DNA of 64,000 bases, from assembly GCA_964392315.1 (NCBI GenBank), contig CAYMOT010000001.1, forward strand, positions 202,403 through 266,402, in the 5' to 3' direction. Within the stretch, counting starts at the first letter, position 1. Every line of letters starts with the position of its first letter. The notes beneath the pieces are model-generated. The model was not told the origin of the DNA, did not search any database, and saw only the letters and a program-made list of their open reading frames with translations. The position numbers were made by a program, and so were the translations under genes. This DNA comes from an uncultured Candidatus Saccharibacteria bacterium. Lineage in GTDB: Bacteria > Patescibacteriota > 4484-211 > JAGQKX01. Shown piece after piece: positions 20,338 to 29,980 of this stretch.

Positions 20338-20804
20338 ACAGGTTTTACCACAACCTTACGCTGATACCCGGACCCAGAAGACTCACTCTCCACTCCCTCT
20401 ATATCCTGAAGTGCAAGGTGTACAATCCTACGATCAGCAGCACTCATCGGACTAAGCGCGATTGGCTCTTTAAGGTACAATACTTTTTCCGCGACACGTT
20501 GCGCAAGCGCTACAAGCTGCTCTTCCCGTCGCTGTCTATATCCATCAATGTCAACCATTACTGGTACCCATTCATCCCGGTTCTTATTTACAATCATGCC
20601 AAGAATCAACTGCAATGACCGCAGTGTCTCGCCATGATATCCGATCAACACGCCACGCTCTTCCTCATCATGTGCATCGTATTTTAGGTTTACCTGCACC
20701 ACGGCAGATTCATCCACCTCTACTACGATTTCTGGAGAGAACCCCAATTTATTTAGAAGCTCTTGGGTTAAATGTTGGATTTCTGTGATCGTTTGCGGAT
20801 CCAT
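20334..20804 (-). CDS. jag: Jag/SpoIIIJ-associated RNA-binding protein (KH + R3H domains).
   Basis: C-terminal R3H-like [40 protein letters not shown]. Conserved position directly downstream of yidC. Overlaps the yidC 3' end by 37 nt. Confidence 0.75.
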   Translation of the reverse strand: [156 protein letters not shown]

Positions 20805-21454
20805 ATCTGCTGCATTATAGCAAAAACTGCGCTTGCTACAAAGTAAATGCCCAAACCACTTGGAGATTGCAACGTGATAACCCCAAGCATTATCGGAAAT
20901 ATTAGTAACATATTCTTTTGCATCGACTGTGCCATATCCTCAGCACCTTTTTGATCTTCCTGAGCCTGAGTACTGGAAGACGAAGAAGCCGCGGGCATCG
21001 TATAGCGGGTCAATAACCACTGGGTAATAACAACCACAACTGGTAATATAAAAAGCCTATCTGGTTCTGCAAGATTCAACCACAAAAAGCGCGCGTCTGT
21101 TACCTGGCCTTTTAACGTAGAGTTAAACACTTGATACAGGGCAATAATAATTGGCAACGACAACAGCATCGTTAAAATTCCTCCAATTGGATTGACTCCA
21201 TGCTGCTTATATAACTCCATTTGTGCAAGTGCCAATGCTTGGGCATCCTTTCCGTGTTTCTTTTTTAACTTATCAAGTTCAGGCTTTAATTCTCGCATCT
21301 TTTCAGACGACTTTAACGAGGGCAAGCGTAAGGGAGTTAAAACGAGCTGGATGATGAAAGTGAGCAAAATAATTGCTACACCAAGACTTCCGGTGATGTC
21401 AGAAAGATATAACAACGACTTCGTGAGCGGTTCTATGAATAATGTATTCCACAT
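20768..21454 (-). CDS. yidC: Membrane protein insertase YidC/Oxa1 (short, Gram-positive-type).
   Basis: Five-transmembrane core with LGIYFVASAVFAIMQQIWIRK, the conserved C-terminal YidC motif. Confidence 0.85.
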   Translation of the reverse strand: MWNTLFIEPLTKSLLYLSDITGSLGVAIILLTFIIQLVLTPLRLPSLKSSEKMRELKPELDKLKKKHGKDAQALALAQMELYKQHGVNPIGGILTMLLSLPIIIALYQVFNSTLKGQVTDARFLWLNLAEPDRLFILPVVVVITQWLLTRYTMPAASSSSSTQAQEDQKGAEDMAQSMQKNMLLIFPIMLGVITLQSPSGLGIYFVASAVFAIMQQIWIRKRSQKSNI

Positions 21455-21495
21455 GGGTATTTTATAAGCAACGCCTTTTCAAATTTGCATATTGC

Positions 21496-21855
21496 TTATT
21501 CGTCTTGCATTCTAGCATATTCTACAAGTTTAGCTTTCTCTAATGCATTGGTAAGTACCGAAGTGACGTCAGTCGTTTGTTTTTGCAATAGATTTACCCG
21601 TGCAATAAGAACGATATCAAAACCACGTGCCACATTCGGCAATACTTCTCGTACCGCTTCTCTTAATACTCGTACTGCGCGATGTCGCTGTACCGCTCCA
21701 CCAACTTTGGCAGATGCAATAAAGCCAAACCGCAGCGAGTTCGCACTATTTGGCATATAGGTCAACACAAAGTACGGTGTATGTACGGTGGCTCCTTGTT
21801 TCTTTAGTTTTCTAAATATGTACTCATCGTGCAGGCGGTACTGTTTGGGAAGCAT
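21496..21855 (-). CDS. rnpA: Ribonuclease P protein component. The track start at 22014 over-extends into rpmH; ATG at 21855.
   Basis: LRFGFIASAKVGGAVQRHRAVRVLREAVRE is the RnpA RNR-motif region. Canonical rpmH-rnpA-yidC-jag order. Confidence 0.85.
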   Translation of the reverse strand: MLPKQYRLHDEYIFRKLKKQGATVHTPYFVLTYMPNSANSLRFGFIASAKVGGAVQRHRAVRVLREAVREVLPNVARGFDIVLIARVNLLQKQTTDVTSVLTNALEKAKLVEYARMQDE

Positions 21856-21961
21856 ATGCTGAAGAGCAATTAAAAGAAACAAATCAATTAAGCAACCACT
21901 TATATATCTTTGTCTCTTGTATGTACTGTAATTGTACGGTGAAACTAACGGGGTGTCACTA

Positions 21962-22114
21962 TTACGAACGTACGGAGACACTGAGCTGCTTTCGCCCTTT
22001 GTTCCTCCGCGCACTAAGAACTCGACGTCCTGCTGCAGAACGCATTCTTTTCAAAAATCCGTGTACTCGTAGTTTTCGTCTATTCTTTTTTCGAGCAAGG
22101 GTTCGTGCTGGCAT
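21962..22114 (-). CDS. rpmH: Ribosomal protein L34 (50 aa). Not in the supplied ORF track.
   Basis: My hand translation of the minus strand gives MPARTLARKKNRRKLRVHGFLKRMRSAAGRRVLSARRNKGRKQLSVSVRS. It has the L34 hallmark (RxHGFxxRM...GRxVLxxRRxKGRKxL). ATG at 22114-22112, TAA at 21964-21962. Confidence 0.8.
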   Translation of the reverse strand: MPARTLARKKNRRKLRVHGFLKRMRSAAGRRVLSARRNKGRKQLSVSVRS

Positions 22115-22174
22115 AACTGCGGCTAAGGATACCAAATTTTTTCATCAACCGCAACTGAAATAGTCTCTACTTTC

Positions 22175-23593
22175 TCAAGCATATAACTCCTTTCTAAAAG
22201 TCGTTACCGTCGATTGCAGTGCTTTGTCGCCTTGATCTATACGACTTCTTACTTGTTCAAATCCATGCATGATGGTTGTGTGATCTCGGCCTCCCAGGAG
22301 GCGTCCGATGTCTACATAACTCATCCCTAGCTCGTCTCTGAGCATGAACATGGCTACTTGCCGAGGGACCACTATTTCCTTTTTGCGCCGTTTACCACAG
22401 AGATCCTTCATCGTAACGCTATATGTATCCATGACCATTCCCAAAATGAGTTCCGGTGAAAGGCGCTTGCGAGACTCCTTTTCTCTTTGCTCAATTTGTC
22501 GCTCTCCCAAAAGGCTCTGCACCAGTTGCAAGTCAACTTCGTGGATATCACGCGCAACAAGTTCAGACTTTATTTTGAGCAATGTTCCTTCTATTTCACG
22601 AATATTGTTTTGAATAAGCTCAGCCATCATTTCAATGGCACGAGATGACATACTCATCCCAAGTTCTTGCGCCTTTGATTGAATAATAGCAAAGCGTGTC
22701 TCATAGTCCGGCTGATTTATATCCACCATAAGGCCGCCTTTAAATCGTGAGGACAGGCGCTCAGCCAGGTTTGCAATGTCATCGGGAAGCGTATCCGAAG
22801 CAAGAATAATCTGCTTTCCGCTTTGATATAAGTGATTAAAGGTATGATAGAACTCCTCTTGAATCCCTTCTTTTCCCCCTAAAAACTGAACATCATCAAC
22901 AAGTATACAATCAGCACTTCGGTATCGATTTCGAAACTCCATCATCTTTTTCTTTTGCACGAGGAATTCAACAAAATCATTCAAGAATCGCTCGCTCGTA
23001 AAATAAATCACCCGCATGTCAGGGTATTTCTCACGCAACCCATTCCCGATCGAATGCATGAGATGGGTTTTTCCAACGCCTGTTCCGCCATATATAAAAA
23101 GTGGATTATATGAGAGGCCGGGATTTTCTATAACCGCTTGTGCTGCTGCATACGCAACTCTATTGCTCGAGCCTACAACATACCGCTCGAGCGTGTATTG
23201 CGTGTTGAGTCGCTCGAGATTGAACGATTGGGAAATTCTTTCATTTAGAGATACTCCCTGTGTAGGAGTAAACGAGGCAACATTCCCTTGTCCAAACAAA
23301 GGTGCCTCTTCTGTCGTATTTACTTTTGGTGGAAGAATATCCCAATTGATACCAATAGTTCGTTTCGTAAGATGAAATAGTATTTGTTTCAGCAACTCTT
23401 CGCTATTCTTTTTTAGAAAATCTCGTGTGTATGTATGCTTACAACCAACAGTTAGGACGTCGTCTTCAATAGAAAGCCCTTCGGTATGTGCAAGCCATGC
23501 TTTTGTTGGGGCAGACTCTGTACGAACATCTACCTCATCTATAACTGCTTTCCACAATGATTTGGGATCAAGCATAGTGTTCATAATGTACAA
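22175..23593 (-). CDS. dnaA: Chromosomal replication initiator DnaA.
   Basis: AAA+ Walker A (GGTGVGKTHLMHSIGN), Walker B (ILVDDVQFL), sensor motifs, and the C-terminal domain IV DNA-binding helix (VVPRQVAMFMLRDELGMSYVDIGRLLGGRDHTTIMHG). Confidence 0.92.
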   Translation of the reverse strand: MYIMNTMLDPKSLWKAVIDEVDVRTESAPTKAWLAHTEGLSIEDDVLTVGCKHTYTRDFLKKNSEELLKQILFHLTKRTIGINWDILPPKVNTTEEAPLFGQGNVASFTPTQGVSLNERISQSFNLERLNTQYTLERYVVGSSNRVAYAAAQAVIENPGLSYNPLFIYGGTGVGKTHLMHSIGNGLREKYPDMRVIYFTSERFLNDFVEFLVQKKKMMEFRNRYRSADCILVDDVQFLGGKEGIQEEFYHTFNHLYQSGKQIILASDTLPDDIANLAERLSSRFKGGLMVDINQPDYETRFAIIQSKAQELGMSMSSRAIEMMAELIQNNIREIEGTLLKIKSELVARDIHEVDLQLVQSLLGERQIEQREKESRKRLSPELILGMVMDTYSVTMKDLCGKRRKKEIVVPRQVAMFMLRDELGMSYVDIGRLLGGRDHTTIMHGFEQVRSRIDQGDKALQSTVTTFRKELYA

Positions 23594-23918
23594 AGCACCT
23601 GCATAACTGTCAACGAATGATTCCTTTGTTCACAACAGCATTCACGTATTAGTGGATAACTTTACCTAGCATGTGTACAACTTATCGTAACGAGAACGTT
23701 AATGTGTATAACTTTTTATTAAATGTGTACTTATTAGTTGTACACATAGTTATGCTCTTTTTATTCTCAAGGAAAGGGGTACTACAAAGCCAAAAATTCC
23801 GCTTATTAACAAATAAACATCACTACTATGTACTGCTACTATTTCATAAAGAAGAGAAAGTAGATAATGTTGTATTCAGAAAATTATGAGTGGTTGTCTG
23901 AGGTGATTTATCTCCCAG
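23594..23918. promoter_or_regulatory. Putative replication origin (oriC): an AT-rich unwinding region with several DnaA-box-like 9-mers between the divergent dnaA and dnaN genes.
   Basis: 8/9 matches to TTATCCACA or its complement at 23650-23658 (aGTGGATAA) and 23703-23711 (TGTGtATAA). Weaker 7/9 matches near 23617, 23738 and 23862. The 23700-23900 stretch is strongly AT-rich. Confidence 0.55.
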
Positions 23919-25094
23919 ATGTTTCCAAAAGATGGTACACTTCATGTCATGAAGTTCATTACGCAGCAACAAAAACTTGAGCAGTTTATTGCATTAGCAC
24001 ATAAAGTAGCACCCTCCAGAACGACCTTACCCATATTGTCAAATGTATATATTGGAAGTGACAATGGGCGGTTAAAGATTGCAAGCACCAATCTGGAGGT
24101 ATCGTTTGCTGCGTGGCTCGGCGCGAGTATAGAGGAGGAAGGAGAAGTTACTGTATCTACAAATTTGCTCCATAATTATATACAAAATCTTGCACCAGAG
24201 AAGTTGACTTTGGCAACACAAGGAACAACGTTCCGTGTTATTGGTTCAACGACTGCTGCTGAATTTTTAACGATGCCCGCTCAAGAATTCCCTGAATTTC
24301 CGAGTGTACGAAGTTCGGTACTTCTTCGTCTTTCTCCGGGTCGATTACAGGAAATATTAAAAAAGGTCCTTTTTGCAGCAGCAACCTCAGATGCCCGGCC
24401 TGTCCTAACGGGTGTTTTGTTTCGGGGAACGCCAGAAGGGGTCATTATTGTAGCAACGGATGGATTTCGGCTTGCAGAAGTGACTGTCGATTGGAAAACA
24501 CTCTCTGCCGAGGCTCCTGAGGAGGCGTTTGAAATGATTATTCCCGCACGGATGCTTAAAGACATTGGCCAGTTTTCTGCAGATGCATCTTCTGACGGTT
24601 TGTGGGATGTGCGCCTTACCGAGGACAATAATCAAGTGGTATTTTCCTCTCCTGACGTGCAATTATTTGCTCGACGGATAGAAGCAGAATTTCCCCAGTA
24701 CGAAAATATCATTCCAAAAGAGCATAGTGTAACCATGACTGTTGAAAAGGAAGCGCTTATTCGCGCAATACGAACTGCTGCGCTTTTTGCACAATCCCAA
24801 AGCCATACCGTGCAACTGCAGATGAATACCGCAGACCAGACGGTTCGTGTTTTTGCAGAGAGTAAGGAATTGGGTAAGCAGGAGTCGACACTTCCAGTAA
24901 GCATGTCTGGTGAAACGATAACTGCGGGATTTAATGCAACATATCTTATTGATGCAGTATCAGCGTTTGATGGGGAGCAAATCGTCTTGCAGATGAAGAC
25001 GCCAGAAGCACCAGCGCTCTTTGTATCTCCTGGCGTAGATACACATATTCGGCAGGTTGTGATGCCTGTTCGCCTCGAACGCTCTACCTCATGA
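23919..25094 (+). CDS. dnaN: DNA polymerase III beta sliding clamp. An alternative ATG at 23949 gives the canonical MKF... N-terminus.
   Basis: Three-domain beta-clamp pattern. N-terminus MKFITQQQKLEQFIALAHKVAPSRTTLPILSNVYI. The C-terminal MPVRL motif is typical of DnaN. Confidence 0.88.
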   Translation: MFPKDGTLHVMKFITQQQKLEQFIALAHKVAPSRTTLPILSNVYIGSDNGRLKIASTNLEVSFAAWLGASIEEEGEVTVSTNLLHNYIQNLAPEKLTLATQGTTFRVIGSTTAAEFLTMPAQEFPEFPSVRSSVLLRLSPGRLQEILKKVLFAAATSDARPVLTGVLFRGTPEGVIIVATDGFRLAEVTVDWKTLSAEAPEEAFEMIIPARMLKDIGQFSADASSDGLWDVRLTEDNNQVVFSSPDVQLFARRIEAEFPQYENIIPKEHSVTMTVEKEALIRAIRTAALFAQSQSHTVQLQMNTADQTVRVFAESKELGKQESTLPVSMSGETITAGFNATYLIDAVSAFDGEQIVLQMKTPEAPALFVSPGVDTHIRQVVMPVRLERSTS

Positions 25095-26674
25095 AGCGCT
25101 TTGTTATAGCAGCAGTTCTAATAATAGGAAGTATTTTAGTTAGCATGAAGGTTGGCGAATTTCGTGAAGTTTTTAGTCAGGGCGCTGTCCGCTTTACCAT
25201 TCATGATGCCCAGACATCTTTGGCACTGTATATAGATAACCAATTTGCTGGAACCTTACCACTTGGTGAGCAAACCTTGTCACCCGGTGTTCATACTTTT
25301 GCTTTGCGAAACGTAAAAGGCGATGAACAGCGCGTTTGGTGGCAAGGGGAACTGGAAGTTAATAAAAATGACGCGCTGGTAATGACGTTGTTTCCGGACA
25401 GTAGCAAAAAGAAATTACAGGGAGTTGTTTTGACACGGTTTTTCTCGAAGAATAGTGACCAGTCTCGCTCTGTCGTTTTTTCATCTGACGGAGCGGATAT
25501 ATATATTAATTCGCAAAAATATACCGAATCACCTATTCTTGTTGAACCATCCCAACACGAAGAAATTACGATACGTACGGAGCACGCGCTATTACCGAAT
25601 ATACAGTATTCATTTGATACGCAGGAGAATACTTTCTTTGCTACGCATATATATCTTCTCTATGATTACCTCAGTAATATAACAGTGCAGGATCTTGTCG
25701 TCGATACAACGCCAGCAGATAATCTAAAGATATTTCGTCGGTGGGAATGGCAACAGGAAGAACAACCACTCCATGTGGACAACTTAAAAGAGAGTGCCTG
25801 GGATCGTCTACAGGTATACAGCCTAATTGTTCCAGAATTTACTTCTCCACAAAAGACCCTTCGCACATTAGAGGAATACTTCGGACAAGTAGCATCTACT
25901 CCTCGAATACCATTCTGTTTTACGGTGGATCCTGCTGGTGATATATGGGAAGGTTTCGGGGTATGGAATTACGATTTTTCAGCATTAGAACCTCTGGATG
26001 GACAGGCTGGCGCTTGCCCAGTTCTTGTCCTCTTAACAGAACAGTCTCAGCAGTTGCCACTACCTGCACTTGAAAATATAGCATGGTTTGTAGGTAGACA
26101 GGCCCCATTATCTGCCGAAATACTCACTTCTCTACAGCAAATAACGCTAACTAATCAAGAACGGACAACGGTTGAAGTAGAAGTACTCAATAGTGGATGG
26201 AGGACGTGGCATACCCAGGAAGGGACAGGCCTTACTGTCAAGACAGCTCCAACAGGACAGTCTGATCTTGTAGATACCGATAATTGGATAGATATGTCAA
26301 CCGTGACACGGAGCACTGATCCGGTAGTGATCCCGGGAGGGCGGACGGTATTACAGATGCCAATACGAGGGTCAATATACCCCATTACTTATACAGAAGA
26401 ACTGTCATTATTTCTCGATAATGAACAGATACCATCGTCAGTTATACGGATTCCCGTTCAAGTACAAGGTATAGGGGAAGCTGTACAAGTGCAAAATACA
26501 CAGACGGGCTTTCTGAATGTTTACGAAACACCATCCAAGGACAGTACGCTATTAATTAGCATTTATCCCAATGAACGATACGCACGGTTAGAGCAACAGG
26601 ATAACTGGTCAAAGATTAGACTTCAAGATGGGCGTGATGGGTGGGTCGAGTCGTCTGCTCTTGTTTCTTTATGA
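25091..26674 (+). CDS. Membrane-anchored or secreted protein with a PEGA-like N-terminal domain and a C-terminal bacterial SH3-like domain. Function unknown.
   Basis: N-terminal transmembrane or signal segment (FVIAAVLIIGSILVSM). PEGA-like VRFTIHDAQTSLALYIDNQFAGTLP...PGVHTFALRN. C-terminal SH3b-like WSKIRLQDGRDGWVESSALV. It overlaps the dnaN stop and the recF start by 4 nt each. Confidence 0.5.
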   Translation: MKRFVIAAVLIIGSILVSMKVGEFREVFSQGAVRFTIHDAQTSLALYIDNQFAGTLPLGEQTLSPGVHTFALRNVKGDEQRVWWQGELEVNKNDALVMTLFPDSSKKKLQGVVLTRFFSKNSDQSRSVVFSSDGADIYINSQKYTESPILVEPSQHEEITIRTEHALLPNIQYSFDTQENTFFATHIYLLYDYLSNITVQDLVVDTTPADNLKIFRRWEWQQEEQPLHVDNLKESAWDRLQVYSLIVPEFTSPQKTLRTLEEYFGQVASTPRIPFCFTVDPAGDIWEGFGVWNYDFSALEPLDGQAGACPVLVLLTEQSQQLPLPALENIAWFVGRQAPLSAEILTSLQQITLTNQERTTVEVEVLNSGWRTWHTQEGTGLTVKTAPTGQSDLVDTDNWIDMSTVTRSTDPVVIPGGRTVLQMPIRGSIYPITYTEELSLFLDNEQIPSSVIRIPVQVQGIGEAVQVQNTQTGFLNVYETPSKDSTLLISIYPNERYARLEQQDNWSKIRLQDGRDGWVESSALVSL

Positions 26675-27762
26675 TCACCAAGATCTCCTTAGAGAGCTTT
26701 AGAAATTTCACTAATTTTTCTGCTGAGTTAGGGCACACTACAGTGGCGCTTGGCCAAAACGCGGTAGGGAAAAGCACTATACTAGAAGCGATTGCGTTGT
26801 TTGGAGGATATCGATTTACCCGGTCGTTATCTGAACTTATTCAATGGGGGAAGCCTTTTGCACGTACAGATCTTGTAATACGTGATAGGGCATATTCTAG
26901 TATGCGCGTTGTCGTACGTCTACGAAACTTGTCTATTGTCGGAGATGATCAACTCATAAGCGTGAATGAAGGAGCAGCTTGTCTACCTATTGTCTACTTC
27001 TCGCCACGAACCGTAACTTTGCTGGAAGATTCGCCGTCATTGCGGAGACGTTTTTTTGATCATGTTTTGTCTACCATATCTCCTGAGTATCGGCATGCGC
27101 TTCGTGTATATCAGCACACGTTGCGGCAACGAAATGCGTCACTAAAACAATCAAGAGCGTCTCAGCATATGGTGTGGGAGGCAGCGCTCGCAGAGCATGG
27201 ATCGTATGTGCAGATTATGAGAAATTGGCTCGCACGAACGTTGAGCCAACAGTTAGAGTTTAATGGTGAACTTGTGTACCACATGAGCCCACAGAGTGGC
27301 CAGCCACTTTTGCCCCAGAGTGGTGATTGGGTAGATAATATTAAAACGCACAGGCAAAAACTACAAGAATTTTTAATTACTAAGTGGTCCGTGTTGCGGG
27401 AACGGGAAATGCACGTTGGATTTACACTGATGGGTGCACAACGTGATGACTGGTGGGTAACTACCGTAGAAGAGGAACGACAGATTAACCTGGGAACTTT
27501 TGGTTCTCGAGGCCAGCAACGTATGGCAATCGTCGCGCTTCAATTTGCGGTGCTTCGACTGTTAGAAGATCTGTTGGAGTATAGACCAATATGGTTATTG
27601 GACGATGTTTTTTCGGAACTAGATACGTTTCATCAAGAAAAAGTTATTGAGCGACTATCGCAGTATCAGACGGTTATCACGTCAGCGCATGAAGAATATC
27701 CGGGGATACACGCAGTTCGAGAGTTATCTGATGTACATACAATCAGGCTTGGAGATCATTGA
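26671..27762 (+). CDS. recF: DNA replication and repair protein RecF. ATG at 26671; the track starts at a GTG at 26641.
   Basis: MITKISLESFRNF N-terminus, Walker A (LGQNAVGKSTILEAI), SMC-like signature (LGTFGSRGQQRMAIVAL), and Walker B (IWLLDDVFSELD). Confidence 0.88.
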   Translation: MITKISLESFRNFTNFSAELGHTTVALGQNAVGKSTILEAIALFGGYRFTRSLSELIQWGKPFARTDLVIRDRAYSSMRVVVRLRNLSIVGDDQLISVNEGAACLPIVYFSPRTVTLLEDSPSLRRRFFDHVLSTISPEYRHALRVYQHTLRQRNASLKQSRASQHMVWEAALAEHGSYVQIMRNWLARTLSQQLEFNGELVYHMSPQSGQPLLPQSGDWVDNIKTHRQKLQEFLITKWSVLREREMHVGFTLMGAQRDDWWVTTVEEERQINLGTFGSRGQQRMAIVALQFAVLRLLEDLLEYRPIWLLDDVFSELDTFHQEKVIERLSQYQTVITSAHEEYPGIHAVRELSDVHTIRLGDH

Positions 27763-29975
27763 TTCGGTGGATCGTTGAGTGGTTGGTCTAGGTCAGGTAT
27801 GTCGCTTGATGCCATCGTATCACTGAGCATATCTGCAGTTAACCCATCAGATGGGCCTTCAGATGGAGCTTGTGCCTCAGCGGTTTCTGACGCCGGAGCG
27901 ATTGGCGCGTCTACAGGTTGGTTCTTGCTTGCTGCGGCAGGCGAAGGTTCAAAAGTTTCTCCTTCAGGGGTAACAGGAACAGTTGCAGGTTCATTTGATG
28001 TGTCCGTTTCTTCTGGCGACTCTGGTACTGTTGTCGCAAAAGTAAACTCTTCATCGTCACCAACTTCCTGTTGCGATATATTCAAGCGTTCGAGTTCTTT
28101 TTGTTGTTTCTCCAACTCCATGGCTTCGAGTTCAGCGGGGTTTGTCGTTACCAGTTGATGTTCATCCTGTGATGCGATTACCTGCATTGCAACATGCGCT
28201 TCTCCGGCAAAAAACAATCCTTCACCAACATTTGCAGATAATAGAAGACCTCGTTCGCCTTCGGACAAGAAAAAGAGCTCAGTTAATTGGTTAATCGCTG
28301 TGGGTGATTGCTTAAATAACACTTGAATAGATGCATTGGTTACAACTGCTTTTCCTTTATCAACGCTCAAAAAGTCTTCAACATCTTGTGTGATAGTAGA
28401 TAGGCCAAGATAATACTTTCTTCCTCTTTTTGCGATACTATGCAAAAAGTTTGCACTATCCGGGTGCTTCATCATAAACCACGCTTCGTCCACGATGAGA
28501 ATCCTCTTTCTGCGATCTCTACGCACGCGCGTCCAAATATAGTCCAGTACCATGAACATACCAAGTGGACGAACACTCTCTTCGAGATCACGTATTCCAA
28601 ACACGGTGAATGTATTATGAATATCGATATTTGTATGACTATCAAAAAGGCCTTTTGCTGAACCTAACACATACGGTTGCAAACGATCGGCAAGCAATTT
28701 TGCTTCAGGGTCTTCCATGCCGAGAAGTGTTTTGTACATGTCTTCAAGAAGCGGCGGTTCCAATTTCTGAGTGTCTGGATCCTGTGTAATTCCTTTTAAC
28801 CGGTATGTCTCGAGGAATGCTCGATCCATGACCGCTTCTTCGCTTGGATTTAACTCGCCCATCATGACTTTGAGCATTGAGTGCAAGGTGAGTACTTTAA
28901 GGCCAAGTTCGTCCTCACCTTCTTCGTACACTTGTGATAGGTCAAATGGGTTAATTTTACTGTCGGAATTAAAATCAAGCGCAATGAACTCTCCGCCGAT
29001 AGACTCAGCCATAGTCCGATACTCATTTTCAGGGTCGATGATAATAATTTCAGTACCGAGCATGAGGGAGCGGAGTGCTTCAAGTTTTACAAAGAAGCTT
29101 TTTCCTGCACCAGATTTAGCAAAAACTACCATATTCGCGTTTGCCAAACTGAACCGGTCGAAAATTATTAAACTGGCATTGTGTTCATTAATTCCGTACA
29201 AAATCCCCGTATCTGATGTGAGACTAGAAGAAGTAAACGGAAAGGTTGTTGCAATAGAGGTTGTATCCATGTTTCGGTACACTTGAACAATATCTTGGAA
29301 GAGCGGTAGGGTAGATCTGAAGCCATCTTCCATTTGAAGGGTAGTTTTACGCGCAACAAGGAGTACCGAACCAAGCACGGATTCTAATTGTTTAGAGATA
29401 AGGTCGAGTTCTTCAAGCGATTCTGCAGGTAGTGTGATATAGAGCGCAAATTGGAAAAATCGTTCACGTTCTGCGACCAACTCTTCTTGCAACGCACGTG
29501 AATCTTGTAAGGCGAGTTGTACGCCAGGATCAAGAATGCGTCCTTGTTGTGCTTCAATATTTAACTCAGTCTCCATTTCGGTAATCTTTCTACGCAAGTT
29601 TTTAAGCACAACTTGGGCATCAACAGGATAATAATAAACCGATATATCGAGAGCGTGTGGAAAATTAATAAGCGGGGATAGCCAGTTTGCGCCTACTTCA
29701 CGAGGATATCCTGCAATGAAGAATGAGCGATAGTACGTATTACCGATCTGGAGATGGTTAAAATCATGCTCAATTCCAGAAGGGGCGATAAGGTCACGTA
29801 TGGTTAAAAGCCCTTGTGCGAATTTTTCTGCTTTCTCTCTTGCTTCTTCAAGCTCTTTTTGTGCAATAGACACCTCGGGATTTGATGCATCTCCTGATGG
29901 CGAGACACTTGTACTGGTTTTTTTACCAGGTCCGGGAAGCAACTTATTGACGAGGGCAGCGACAGGGTTTTTCAT
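27756..29975 (-). CDS. VirB4/TraC/CagE-family type IV secretion/conjugation ATPase, with a long acidic Pro/Ser-rich C-terminal tail.
   Basis: The N-terminal domain is typical of VirB4 (...YYRSFFIAGYPREVGANWLSPLI...). Walker A (VVFAKSGAGKSFFV), Walker B (RILIVDEAWFMM), and the C-terminal RecA-like region. The last ~120 aa are low-complexity (TVPVTPEGETFEPSPAAASKNQPVDAPIAPASETAEAQAPSEG...). Confidence 0.85.
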   Translation of the reverse strand: MKNPVAALVNKLLPGPGKKTSTSVSPSGDASNPEVSIAQKELEEAREKAEKFAQGLLTIRDLIAPSGIEHDFNHLQIGNTYYRSFFIAGYPREVGANWLSPLINFPHALDISVYYYPVDAQVVLKNLRRKITEMETELNIEAQQGRILDPGVQLALQDSRALQEELVAERERFFQFALYITLPAESLEELDLISKQLESVLGSVLLVARKTTLQMEDGFRSTLPLFQDIVQVYRNMDTTSIATTFPFTSSSLTSDTGILYGINEHNASLIIFDRFSLANANMVVFAKSGAGKSFFVKLEALRSLMLGTEIIIIDPENEYRTMAESIGGEFIALDFNSDSKINPFDLSQVYEEGEDELGLKVLTLHSMLKVMMGELNPSEEAVMDRAFLETYRLKGITQDPDTQKLEPPLLEDMYKTLLGMEDPEAKLLADRLQPYVLGSAKGLFDSHTNIDIHNTFTVFGIRDLEESVRPLGMFMVLDYIWTRVRRDRRKRILIVDEAWFMMKHPDSANFLHSIAKRGRKYYLGLSTITQDVEDFLSVDKGKAVVTNASIQVLFKQSPTAINQLTELFFLSEGERGLLLSANVGEGLFFAGEAHVAMQVIASQDEHQLVTTNPAELEAMELEKQQKELERLNISQQEVGDDEEFTFATTVPESPEETDTSNEPATVPVTPEGETFEPSPAAASKNQPVDAPIAPASETAEAQAPSEGPSDGLTADMLSDTMASSDIPDLDQPLNDPPNQ

Positions 29976-29980
29976 AAAAT

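Noticed and set aside
23671-23889. 72-aa plus-strand ORF in the dnaA-dnaN spacer.
   Set aside because: It lies entirely within the AT-rich putative oriC/DUE. It is Leu/Phe/Lys-rich as expected from AT-rich non-coding DNA, and DnaA-box-like motifs overlap it.
28771-29286. 171-aa plus-strand ORF inside the VirB4 gene.
   Set aside because: It is antisense to the Walker-motif-containing region of a well-supported ATPase. The product is Ser-rich and low-complexity.
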